Part shown: piece after piece, positions 27,372-36,545 of the stretch
How the letters are laid out: every line of letters starts with the position of its first letter
Numbering within the stretch: the stretch's first letter is position 1
NCBI GenBank assembly: GCA_963783885.1
Contig: CAWAPJ010000003.1
Location: 1 to 40,011 of the forward strand
Source: Waddliaceae bacterium
Lineage (GTDB): Bacteria > Chlamydiota > Chlamydiia > Chlamydiales > SLFE01
DNA: 40,011 nt
Reading direction: 5' to 3'
Position numbers and translations under genes: made by a program
Notes under the pieces: model-generated
What the model saw: only the letters and a program-made list of their open reading frames with translations
Told to the model about the DNA's origin: nothing
The model's database searches: none

Positions 27372-27956
27372 TCACCTTGCGTTTATATATTTTGCTGTGG
27401 CGCTTACCACCATATCGACTGAAATGAGCATAAGGATCATACCCATGAGCTGCTCGAGGGCGATCATTCCCCTTTTTTTCAATACCCGCTGCATATAGGG
27501 AGCCCCCACAAGCGAAAGAGTGACGGGGATCCAAGCGATAACAAGCGCCGAGGTAATGATCCACCAATGGGGGATCTCCTGTGTTTTAGCCATAATAACT
27601 GTCATCAGCCCAGGCCCCGCGATAAGAGGGGTGGAAATGGGAACAAAAAAGGGCTCTTTTTTGGCTTCTTTGACAGCTTCATCGACTCTTGGAAAAATCA
27701 TGCTGAGAGCCACTAAAAACAAAAGGATTCCCCCGCAGTAAGTCAGCGAATAGGATTCTACATGGATCACATCGAGAAAAAGCTCTCCGAAAAACTGAAA
27801 AAATACGGCAATCAGAAAGGCAAAAACTGCCTCACGCAGCATCATACGCTTCTGATGGGAAAAATCAAAATCCTTGATAAGGGCCAATATAGCCGGGCTG
27901 TTGCCAATGGGATTGGCAACTATATAAAACATAAGAGCTAAACTTAGGATTTCCAC
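27372..27956 (-). CDS. MarC-family membrane protein (tandem paralogue, GTG start)
   Basis: NPIGN, VPISTPLIAGPG, EQLMGMIL. Confidence 0.9.
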   Translation of the reverse strand: MEILSLALMFYIVANPIGNSPAILALIKDFDFSHQKRMMLREAVFAFLIAVFFQFFGELFLDVIHVESYSLTYCGGILLFLVALSMIFPRVDEAVKEAKKEPFFVPISTPLIAGPGLMTVIMAKTQEIPHWWIITSALVIAWIPVTLSLVGAPYMQRVLKKRGMIALEQLMGMILMLISVDMVVSATAKYINAR

Positions 27957-28449
27957 GATAGATGCTGCATCGTAATAGTTGGTACAATTTTAACCTGAAT
28001 TCGGCTTAAGATTCAAGCAAAATACTCCGCCTCCTGCCCCTGAATACTGCCTAAGCCTTTGGCTTAATAATTATTTTTAGAACAAGTTGCAAATAATACG
28101 TCTGAAAGCGAAAGTGATATAAATTCTATAGTGTCTCGATTTCTCTAATGCTTTACATTGCGTTCGGAAAGATACAGGAAAGGTTTGAACTGATGACAAC
28201 TTTTAACTCTGCTGTCATTTGGTATTTTTTTTATACATTCAATAACTTTTTGATGAATCTCTTTTGCTTCATCAAATTTAGGGTTATACCGGAAGAAGAA
28301 ATGCAATGGATACAGATCGCTGAGTTAGATATGAACCAACTCACACCAATTACTCAAAAAGCCATGACCCGGATTTAAGAGCTTTAGTAGCTAATTTTGA
28401 ATGCTTTCGGTGTCTAATATAGTGTGTCGATAGCTTCATTTGGAAAGAG

Positions 28450-28506
28450 ATGTCAAATTGAACATCCGATATTCAATTTGACATAAAAATTCCCTCGCCT
28501 TATCTT
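28450..28506 (+). promoter_or_regulatory. Promoter with an overlapping 13-bp inverted-repeat operator
   Basis: ATGTCAAATTGAA-N9-TTCAATTTGACAT; TTGACA (28478-28483), 17-bp spacer, TATCTT; GAGGAG RBS downstream. Confidence 0.7.
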
Positions 28507-28527
28507 CAGGATTAGAGGAGATTTTTC

Positions 28528-29727
28528 ATGTATTTGAAACGGAATCTATCTGAATATTTAAAAAAATACTTAACAAAATATCCGATTGTCTCAGTCACCG
28601 GTCCCAGACAGTCGGGAAAAACAACCCTCACACAAAAAACATGCCCGAATTATAAATACGTCTCCCTTGAAGAACCGGATAAACTCGAATTCGCTACCGA
28701 AGACCCCCGAGCCTTTCTCGAAACCTATCAGGAACATGTCATTTTTGATGAAGTGCAGCAGGCACCCAAATTATTTTCTTATTTACAAAGCAACGTCGAC
28801 AAAAATTCCAAACCGGGCCGGTTTATTTTAACCGGCTCTCAGCAATTTCTATTAAATCAAAAAATTTCTCAAACACTTGCAGGCAGAATAGCCCGACTAA
28901 CCCTTCTCCCTCTTTCATTCGCTGAACTATGCCAGCGTCCTTCTCAAAAATTTTGGCATACCGAAAAACTAAGTAAACCATCTCATCCTGAGATCACGCT
29001 TTATAGATGCCTTGCGTCCGGATTATATCCAAGACTTTATGAATATAATTTAGAACCTGAACAATTTTTCAGAGACTATATAGCAACCTATATTACAAGA
29101 GACTTGCAGCAGCTTTTGCATGTAGGAGATCTGCGTTCTTTTCAAAGTTTTCTTAGATCATTAGCAGGTCGATGCGGTCAGAGAGTCAATCTGACTTCTC
29201 TGGGAAATGATTTAGGCCTCTCTCATACCACTATCAAAAGATGGCTTTCTGTATTAGAAGCAAGCTATATTATTCTTCTTCTTGAGCCTTATTATAATAA
29301 TTTTAATAAAAGATTAGTCAAATCTCCAAAAATTTATTTTTTGGATACAGGGTTATTATGCTATCTATTGAGGGTCTCTTCAGAAGAAGAGCTGCCCAAT
29401 CATCCTCATATTGGAGGTATCTTCGAATCTTTTGCTGTGACTGAATTAATTAAATCCTACCATCACCATGATCACGAACCTCCACTCTATTTCTGGCAGG
29501 AGAGATCTGGACAAGAAATAGATATTCTTATCGATAAAGGAAAATCGTTACTTTATCCCATTGAAATCAAAGCTGCACAAACTCTCTCCCAAAAATTTTT
29601 TAACAATCTTGAATATTGGTTAAATATAAAGAACAATCCTCAGAAAAGCGGCTGCTTGATTTATGGCGGCAATGAATGGCAAAAACGAAACAATATTCAT
29701 GTCATTCCCTGGTATGGAATCAGTTGA
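28528..29727 (+). CDS. AAA_14 ATPase with DUF4143 and a C-terminal PD-(D/E)XK-like motif
   Basis: GPRQSGKTT, FDEVQ, LTGS, LAGR, KSPKIYFLDTG, EID..PIEIK. Confidence 0.92.
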   Translation: MYLKRNLSEYLKKYLTKYPIVSVTGPRQSGKTTLTQKTCPNYKYVSLEEPDKLEFATEDPRAFLETYQEHVIFDEVQQAPKLFSYLQSNVDKNSKPGRFILTGSQQFLLNQKISQTLAGRIARLTLLPLSFAELCQRPSQKFWHTEKLSKPSHPEITLYRCLASGLYPRLYEYNLEPEQFFRDYIATYITRDLQQLLHVGDLRSFQSFLRSLAGRCGQRVNLTSLGNDLGLSHTTIKRWLSVLEASYIILLLEPYYNNFNKRLVKSPKIYFLDTGLLCYLLRVSSEEELPNHPHIGGIFESFAVTELIKSYHHHDHEPPLYFWQERSGQEIDILIDKGKSLLYPIEIKAAQTLSQKFFNNLEYWLNIKNNPQKSGCLIYGGNEWQKRNNIHVIPWYGIS

Positions 29728-29731
29728 AAAA

Positions 29732-30085
29732 TTATTTCTTTGATTTCTCGCTAGTGACGAAATTTTGGAACTTCGTTAGGTCGTTATTTGTGATGTTCTC
29801 TGTATTTAAGAGATGCAGGAGCTTCTTTTGAACCTCGGGATTTTGAATGATTTCGGTGCCGACATAGTTTTTGGCCAGCTTGGATTTGACTTCATAGTCA
29901 ATTTCCGACTGTGTTAATTGAAGTTTGACTGAAGGGGGCGTGTGTTTGCTTTTGTCGCTGAGTTTGAGCTTTAGCCGGAAAATCTTATGCCTTTCGCGCG
30001 CCAAAGCATCATCAACTTGCTGATTGATATCAGCAGCGTTTAAACAAAAAGTGATAAAAAGTAAAAGAACACTCAATTTTTTCAT
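29732..30085 (-). CDS. Hypothetical exported protein
   Basis: Signal peptide MKKLSVLLLFITFCLNA; start overlaps the upstream stop codon. Confidence 0.7.
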   Translation of the reverse strand: MKKLSVLLLFITFCLNAADINQQVDDALARERHKIFRLKLKLSDKSKHTPPSVKLQLTQSEIDYEVKSKLAKNYVGTEIIQNPEVQKKLLHLLNTENITNNDLTKFQNFVTSEKSKK

Positions 30086-30675
30086 TTTTCAAACTCAACT
30101 TCATTCCAAAGTTTTATGGCCGGCTCTTCGCGCTCATAGCCTAAGATGCTAAGAGATGCGGTATTCAATACCAAACTCCGCCCGGTTCCCGCCGACAGTC
30201 CGATCCACCTGGCCCCCAATACGCGCGAAAAATGGCCGCTGGAAAACAGCGCTACCCTTCCGCTGTTTTGTCTGATTTTTTCAATGACACGGTCAGCGCG
30301 GTCGCTCACTTCCTGAATCGATTCCCCGCCCGGTGGGCCGTTATCAAAAATTGTCCATCCCGGAATGGTTTTCCGAATCTCAGAAGTCGTCTTACCCTCT
30401 ATTTCGCCATATCTCCATTCGAAAAGATCATCCCAAATTTCCGCTTCGCTGCTAAAGCCGACAATATCGCAGGTTGATTTGGCTCTGACAAGGGGGCTTG
30501 TGTAAATTTTGTCAAATTTGATGCCGCTTAGCCTCTCTCGGAGTTTTCCTGCCTGCTTTTTTCCGTTTTCAGTCAGAGGAATATCGCTGTAACTTGTATG
30601 CTGGCCGGAAAGTGTCCATTCCGTTTCTCCATGACGGCAAATATAAACTTCCAGTTCGTGATGTTGCTCGCTCAT
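30082..30675 (-). CDS. Histidine phosphatase / phosphoglycerate mutase family protein
   Basis: RHGETEW, SPLVRA, EWRYG, GES. Confidence 0.92.
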   Translation of the reverse strand: MSEQHHELEVYICRHGETEWTLSGQHTSYSDIPLTENGKKQAGKLRERLSGIKFDKIYTSPLVRAKSTCDIVGFSSEAEIWDDLFEWRYGEIEGKTTSEIRKTIPGWTIFDNGPPGGESIQEVSDRADRVIEKIRQNSGRVALFSSGHFSRVLGARWIGLSAGTGRSLVLNTASLSILGYEREEPAIKLWNEVEFEK

Positions 30676-33131
30676 AAGCCCAGAGTATCAAGAACGGCTT
30701 TTTCTACATAGCGTTTTTGCCCCTCTGTCGGATATCGATGAATCCAAAGAGCCGGGTTGAAATTGAGTTCGATTATGGCATGATTTTGGGGATTCGGCTC
30801 TTCACCTGGCCTTTGGATAATCATATCGACGCCGCAAAATTTAGCGTTGACAACCTCTGCGGCATAGGCGGCAATCTTAGAGTAATTTGGATGAACCTCG
30901 TCGGTTTTGTCTATGGAATCCCCCCCTGTCGATACGTTGCTGTTATCCCTTAGAAAAATTCTCTTATCTTTTTCCGGAACTGATTCAAAATCAAGGCCCT
31001 GTCTTTTCAAAACATCTCTTTCTTCATCCCCTTCCTTGAGGTAGTATTTTGGAATTTTATGCTTTGCGGTGTCATGATTTTTTCTATGAATCAGCTCGCT
31101 GATTGAGTGGGTGCCGTCTCCTATGATATTAGCGGGGATCCGCACGCAGATTGCGCAAACAGCTCCATCAATGACAAGAAAGCGGTATTCTTCTCCTTCA
31201 ACGAACTCTTCGACCACCACTTCCTGCCCGTGGAGGAAGGAATTGCCGACTGCTTTCTCATACCCCTTAAGATCTCCCGACTCAACAGTATAGACTCCTA
31301 TGCCGTAGTTCGCTCGATTGGGTTTAATCACAATCTTTTTGTTTTCGAATAAATGGGTGGCTTTCAAAGCCTCTTTAGGGGTCTCGAAAATTTTTCCCCG
31401 GGGGACTGATATTCCTCTTTGGGCGAGCAGCGTTTTTGTCAATTCCTTGTTCTCCATCATCCAATACGAGATGAGGTTGTCTTTGGAGGTCATTGTCGCG
31501 TTTTTGACATATTCGGTTTTTCCGTCTTTGGTCAGACGAATAAAATTGGCCTTGCGATCGAGGACATCAATTGTGATTTTTCTTTTTTGAGCTTCGCGAA
31601 TCAACGCCTGGGTCGAAAGTTCTAGATCTTCGTACCCTTTAAGGATAAAATCCTCATACTCTTCCAATTCTGCAAGATCTATTTTCGACTGAGAGGATGC
31701 TTTTTCCATTTTGTCCATGAACTCCTCGGGATAAGGTTTTGCCAGCATTTCGGCTCTTTGACGGTTAGCCAGTTCCAGGGCATACTCGTTAAAACTAGCC
31801 CGAGAGTCTGCGAGGGAGCTTAGGAGCTGCGAAGAAGGGGTCAAGTCGGGGTTTTCGATTTTCTTCAGCTGTTTCTCGATACTGCCGCTATAACGCTTAG
31901 TCCCGGAGGCATTATCAAGACATTGGGCAATCTGCATCATTTGCTCAAGAATTTGCGCCGACCAGATTTTCAAGCTTTTTGTCTTATCTTCAAAAGATAG
32001 CTTTAGGTTGGGAGCGCGGCCGAAGAGAGCGACAAGATCTTGATTGTCGGTCAGCTGCTTCTCATTTTTTCGGGTTAAAGGGGGGCTGGCAAGTAAAGAA
32101 CAATAGAGCAGAAAAGTATGCAAAAAATAAAGTTCCGCAGTGTTGGTTCCTTCTATTGCGTGAGGATTCAAATCCATTCCCCTCACTTCCAAGTACACAA
32201 TCCCGTCCCTCTTCAGCCCTTCAATGGGTCTTAAACTTCTATTCACGGGAGGTTTAGGCCGTATCCTCGAATAATGTTCGGCCTCGATTTGAATGATGTG
32301 GTCATTGATCTGACGCTCTCCAATGGACTTCCATTGCTTAGCCGGCGTGGAAACAGCCGACTCAAGGTCAGAGATATAGTTGTCAAAGGTGTTAAAGCCG
32401 ATTCTGATCTGATTTTGCAATTTGCTGTAATAACCATAGTGGCTCATCCTAAGAGATGTGGCAAATTCTCCACCGATTGTTTCAGGAGCCAACGTTCGGA
32501 GATCTTTCGGTTTTTTGTCGAAGTAAGAGGAGTCAACGACAGGGGTGGACCCGAATAAATACGTGACAATCCAGCCATACCTCAAATAATTACGAACGAT
32601 ATGCAGATAAGCGGATGAATGATCATGATCAGGAAATAGGCGGCTTAAAAGTTCTCGGGAAAAAGAAAAATTATAATGCACTCCCGAAAGAGCTTGCATT
32701 TTTCTGCCGTAGCGATATGCCAGTCCTAAGCGGTAAAGTTCTTTTTCTTTTGCAAGCGAGCTGTTGCCGTACTGCGCGATGGGAATATGCTCTTCGCTTG
32801 GCAAAGCGCAAGGAGAACTGAAAGGCCAGAGCCTCTCATCGCCTATATGCCGATAAAGATAGCGATGCAATAGATTCATAAACTGCAGAAGCAGGTCTTC
32901 TTTGGGAAAGACAGGCGAAATCAGCTCGAGCTGCGACTCGGAAAAGTCTGTGCTGATAAATGGATGAAGAAGCGGAGATCCGAAAGCTTCGGGATGAGCG
33001 GTGAGCGCAAGCGTCCCGTCGGCATCGACCCTCAAGCACTCTTTTTCAAGGCCATGATACGATTTCATCAGCCAGGGCTGAATATCGCCGCCGCCAAGCG
33101 CATCAACCTTTCTTTGAAATGCACTATCCAT
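30672..33131 (-). CDS. gshF: Bifunctional glutamate-cysteine ligase / glutathione synthetase (GshAB/GshF)
   Basis: GshA domain (GLEKECLRV, TDFSESQLELI, SGVHYNFS, ATSLRMS, YLEVR) plus an ATP-grasp domain (ELSTQ, VIKP, NSNVSTGGDSID, ELNFNP). Confidence 0.93.
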   Translation of the reverse strand: MDSAFQRKVDALGGGDIQPWLMKSYHGLEKECLRVDADGTLALTAHPEAFGSPLLHPFISTDFSESQLELISPVFPKEDLLLQFMNLLHRYLYRHIGDERLWPFSSPCALPSEEHIPIAQYGNSSLAKEKELYRLGLAYRYGRKMQALSGVHYNFSFSRELLSRLFPDHDHSSAYLHIVRNYLRYGWIVTYLFGSTPVVDSSYFDKKPKDLRTLAPETIGGEFATSLRMSHYGYYSKLQNQIRIGFNTFDNYISDLESAVSTPAKQWKSIGERQINDHIIQIEAEHYSRIRPKPPVNRSLRPIEGLKRDGIVYLEVRGMDLNPHAIEGTNTAELYFLHTFLLYCSLLASPPLTRKNEKQLTDNQDLVALFGRAPNLKLSFEDKTKSLKIWSAQILEQMMQIAQCLDNASGTKRYSGSIEKQLKKIENPDLTPSSQLLSSLADSRASFNEYALELANRQRAEMLAKPYPEEFMDKMEKASSQSKIDLAELEEYEDFILKGYEDLELSTQALIREAQKRKITIDVLDRKANFIRLTKDGKTEYVKNATMTSKDNLISYWMMENKELTKTLLAQRGISVPRGKIFETPKEALKATHLFENKKIVIKPNRANYGIGVYTVESGDLKGYEKAVGNSFLHGQEVVVEEFVEGEEYRFLVIDGAVCAICVRIPANIIGDGTHSISELIHRKNHDTAKHKIPKYYLKEGDEERDVLKRQGLDFESVPEKDKRIFLRDNSNVSTGGDSIDKTDEVHPNYSKIAAYAAEVVNAKFCGVDMIIQRPGEEPNPQNHAIIELNFNPALWIHRYPTEGQKRYVEKAVLDTLGL

Positions 33132-33159
33132 TAAACCGATTAATTATAGCGGGAAAAGG

Positions 33160-35268
33160 TTATACATCAAACTTTTTATTATCCCGGGCCATAGAGACAA
33201 GGAGATCGCACGGGGTAAAGCGGCTTCCATGCTTGTCTTCAAGCCGCCGCATAATATCGATAATTTTGGACACGCCGAAATCGTTTACATAGGCTAAAAG
33301 TCCTCCGCGAAAGGGAGGAAAGCCTGTGCCTAAAACAAGGGCCATGTCGAGATCGGAGTCTTTTTGGACGATTCCTTCCTCAAGACAGCGGCCGGCCTCA
33401 CCGAGCATAGCAGCAATAATACGGTTAATAATCCCTTCCTCAGAATCTTCCGCATTTTTTTGTCCTATCGATTGCAGAATTTCTTTAACTTCCGGATTTG
33501 GAGTCGTCTTATCCCCGCCATGAATATAAAATCCTTTGCCCGATTTTTTTCCTTTGAGTCCCCTTTCGGCCATCAATTTTAAAATCTTGGGAACTTCCAT
33601 CCTTTTGCCATAGGCCTCTTCAAACTCCTTAAAGACTTTTTGACTCACATCGATGCCGACTGTATCGGCAAGCATAAAGGGATCCATCGGCCAGCCGAAA
33701 TTTTCCACTGCTTGGCCAAGCAGGTTCATGCTGCTGCCTTCTTCGAGCATGTGCATCACTTCGTTGGCCTGCACAGCAAAAATCCTGTTCACAAGGAATC
33801 CGTGGCAATCTTTAATCACAATTGGAGTCTTTTTCCATTCGAGGCAAGCTTTGACAATGGTATCTAAGGCTTCCTTTGATGTTTTAGGGCCGGAGACCAC
33901 TTCGACAAGCGGCATCCGATTAACCGGATTGAAAAAGTGCATGCCGACAAATCTTTCGGGATATTTCATTTCTTTCGACATCTCCTCAATCGTCAGCGAA
34001 GAAGTATTCGACGCAATGAGGGCATCAGGTTGAAGGCGCTCCTCAAGATCATGAAAGAGACGTATTTTCAAATTGAGATCTTCTGTCGCCGCTTCGATAA
34101 CGAGGTCTTGCTTGTTAAATCCTGAATAATCGATATCCCAGCTGATCCGATGCTCCATCAAATTGATTGCGTCGCTAGGAAGACGCTTGATTTTCTTGAT
34201 TTGCTTATAGATGCCTTTGATTTCTCTTAGACCCGATGAGACAGCTTCCCAGTTAATATCCTTGACGCGGACATCGAGGCCGCGATAGCTTGCCAGCCAG
34301 GCAATGCCGCTTCCCATCACGCCGGCTCCGAGAATCCCAACAGAGTTGATTTTTTTCGCTTGAGGGGTTTCCTGTTTATCTAGACGCTCTTTGCCAAAAA
34401 AGACCCGAATGATGTGCCTGGCGTTTGCAAAGCTTGTGAGGCAATTATCCAAAAACACCTCTATTTCTCTTTTCAACCCCTTTTCAAGAGACATTGTATA
34501 GGTTTCTTGAATCAGCTTCAAAGCAACAAGCGGAGAAGGATAGTGTCCCTTTGTTTTCTTTTCGATATTTTTCCTGGCTTGAGAAAACACGGCAGAACGG
34601 CCAAGAGGATTATTTTCCAGGGCCCAGTTCATCCAGCTTGATGACTTTTTCTTCGATTTTCCTCGAATGCACTGCAGGATGGCAGCAGGAAGTTGATCGT
34701 CTAAGAATTCATGAGGGAGAATGATATCGGCAAAACCTGTTTTAAAAGCCCGCTTTCCGTTGAGCCGCTTGCCGCCGAGAATCACTTTCAATCCTTCCTG
34801 AAGGCCGATAAGCCGCGGCAAACGCTGGGTCCCGCCCCATCCGGGTATGATCCCGAGCAGCACTTCGGGCAGTCCAATCGAAGTCTTGGAGTTGTCTGTG
34901 ACAATGCGATGCGAACAGGCCAGAGTCAATTCCGTTCCCCCTCCGAGGCAGATTCCGTCAATGACAGCGATTGTCGGAAACGGCAGTTTTTCCAGCTTTC
35001 TAAACACGCGATGACCCTTCTCAAGAACTTCTTGGACTTTTTCGGGTTGTTTCAATATGTCTTCAAACTGTTTCAAATCGGCGCCGGCAATAAACATATC
35101 GGGCTTGCCGCTTTTTATGACAAGAGCTTTGACATCTTTCAGCTTGCCGATGATGTCTTCAAGCTCATCCATGACTTCAGGTGTGAATTTATTGATTTTT
35201 TCTCCGGGATAATCAAAAACCAACATAGCGATTCCATTTTCAATATCCAGATTCCAAGCACTTTTCAT
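33160..35268 (-). CDS. fadJ: Fatty acid oxidation complex alpha subunit (enoyl-CoA hydratase / 3-hydroxyacyl-CoA dehydrogenase)
   Basis: FIAGAD, LGGGTE, PEV.LG..PGWGGTQRLPRL, GAGVMG, SNTSSL, HFFNP. Confidence 0.92.
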   Translation of the reverse strand: MKSAWNLDIENGIAMLVFDYPGEKINKFTPEVMDELEDIIGKLKDVKALVIKSGKPDMFIAGADLKQFEDILKQPEKVQEVLEKGHRVFRKLEKLPFPTIAVIDGICLGGGTELTLACSHRIVTDNSKTSIGLPEVLLGIIPGWGGTQRLPRLIGLQEGLKVILGGKRLNGKRAFKTGFADIILPHEFLDDQLPAAILQCIRGKSKKKSSSWMNWALENNPLGRSAVFSQARKNIEKKTKGHYPSPLVALKLIQETYTMSLEKGLKREIEVFLDNCLTSFANARHIIRVFFGKERLDKQETPQAKKINSVGILGAGVMGSGIAWLASYRGLDVRVKDINWEAVSSGLREIKGIYKQIKKIKRLPSDAINLMEHRISWDIDYSGFNKQDLVIEAATEDLNLKIRLFHDLEERLQPDALIASNTSSLTIEEMSKEMKYPERFVGMHFFNPVNRMPLVEVVSGPKTSKEALDTIVKACLEWKKTPIVIKDCHGFLVNRIFAVQANEVMHMLEEGSSMNLLGQAVENFGWPMDPFMLADTVGIDVSQKVFKEFEEAYGKRMEVPKILKLMAERGLKGKKSGKGFYIHGGDKTTPNPEVKEILQSIGQKNAEDSEEGIINRIIAAMLGEAGRCLEEGIVQKDSDLDMALVLGTGFPPFRGGLLAYVNDFGVSKIIDIMRRLEDKHGSRFTPCDLLVSMARDNKKFDV

Positions 35269-36545
35269 GAATCTACCTCCACTGCGACTGCTTCACCCTG
35301 GCCGCCGCCTACACAAAGAGTTGCCAGACCTCGCCTTAGCCCTCTTCTTTTTAGTTCTTTTAGCAAAGTTAACGTGAGTCTGGCTCCTGACGCCCCTAAA
35401 GGGTGCCCCAGAGCAATTGCCCCGCCGTTGACGTTGAGTTTATCCAGATCGATTTCTCCAATAGGCTTATCCCGTCCCAATTTTTCTTTGCAAAATTTGT
35501 CCGATGCCATAGCCGCTCTTGCTGCCAAAACTTGCGCGGCAAAGGCTTCGTTGATCTCAATCAGATCGAAATCCTTCAACGTTAGACCGGTCTCTTTCAT
35601 CAATTTTGAAGTAGCGAAAGCGGGACCATAGCCCATGCGCGCAGGATCGAGCCCGGCAAAAGCATAGGCTGTCAAATATCCCAGTGGCTTCAATTTCAGT
35701 TTTTTTGCCTTGGATTCCTTCATGAGTACAAGTGCGCAGGCGCCGTCAGTGACCTGGCTGGAATTTCCCGCTGTCACTGTTCCAGTCAGTTTATCAAAAA
35801 CGGGCCTTAACTTCGCTAGCTGCTCAAGAGTTTGATCCTCCCTGATGCCGTCGTCTATTTTTTGCATTTCCGATAATTTTGAACCGGGTATGGGAAGTAT
35901 TTCTTCTTGCATATGTCCTTCTTTTGTAGCGCGGGCAGAACGCTTTTGACTATTCAACGCATATTCATCCTGCTGCTGGCGGGTAATATGAAAATCCCGT
36001 GCCAAAATCTCGGCTGTCTCACCCATTGTTTTCCCGCAAAGTGGATCGCCGATAGCGGGAACTACAGGGGCAAGGAAGGAAGGTCTGAATTTCGAGAGAA
36101 GTTTTAGCTGGTGGCTTATGGATTTTGCCTTCTGCATTTTAAATAGCCAGCTCCGCATTTTTTCATTATATTCCACAGGGACATGACTCATCGATTCGAT
36201 GCCGCCGGCAAGATAGGTGTCCCCAAGTCCAAGCTCGATTCTTTGTGCAGCGATAACAAGAGATTCCATGCCCGAGGCGCAATTGCGGCTGACCGAAATC
36301 GCGGGCACATGAATCGGCATTCCCCCTTTAACGGAAATCACACGCGCTACATTATAAGCATGAGACGGGCACATCACATTACCCAAAATGACTTCGTCGT
36401 AATCATCCGGAGAAACCGGAACTCTTTGTATCAACTCCCTAACGACATAGGCTCCTAAATCATCCGCTTTCAGGTCGCGAAAAACCCCCATTGCCTTGCA
36501 GAACGGAGTTCTGATTCCGTCTACAATCGCGACACGCTCTTTCAT
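35265..36545 (-). CDS. fadI: 3-ketoacyl-CoA thiolase
   Basis: RTPF, NCASG, NEAFAAQ, GHPLGASG, CVGGG. Confidence 0.92.
   Translation of the reverse strand: MKERVAIVDGIRTPFCKAMGVFRDLKADDLGAYVVRELIQRVPVSPDDYDEVILGNVMCPSHAYNVARVISVKGGMPIHVPAISVSRNCASGMESLVIAAQRIELGLGDTYLAGGIESMSHVPVEYNEKMRSWLFKMQKAKSISHQLKLLSKFRPSFLAPVVPAIGDPLCGKTMGETAEILARDFHITRQQQDEYALNSQKRSARATKEGHMQEEILPIPGSKLSEMQKIDDGIREDQTLEQLAKLRPVFDKLTGTVTAGNSSQVTDGACALVLMKESKAKKLKLKPLGYLTAYAFAGLDPARMGYGPAFATSKLMKETGLTLKDFDLIEINEAFAAQVLAARAAMASDKFCKEKLGRDKPIGEIDLDKLNVNGGAIALGHPLGASGARLTLTLLKELKRRGLRRGLATLCVGGGQGEAVAVEVDS

Noticed and set aside
28148-28378. 76-aa plus-strand ORF
   Set aside because: No RBS and an implausible composition; the opposite strand looks more like a coding remnant.
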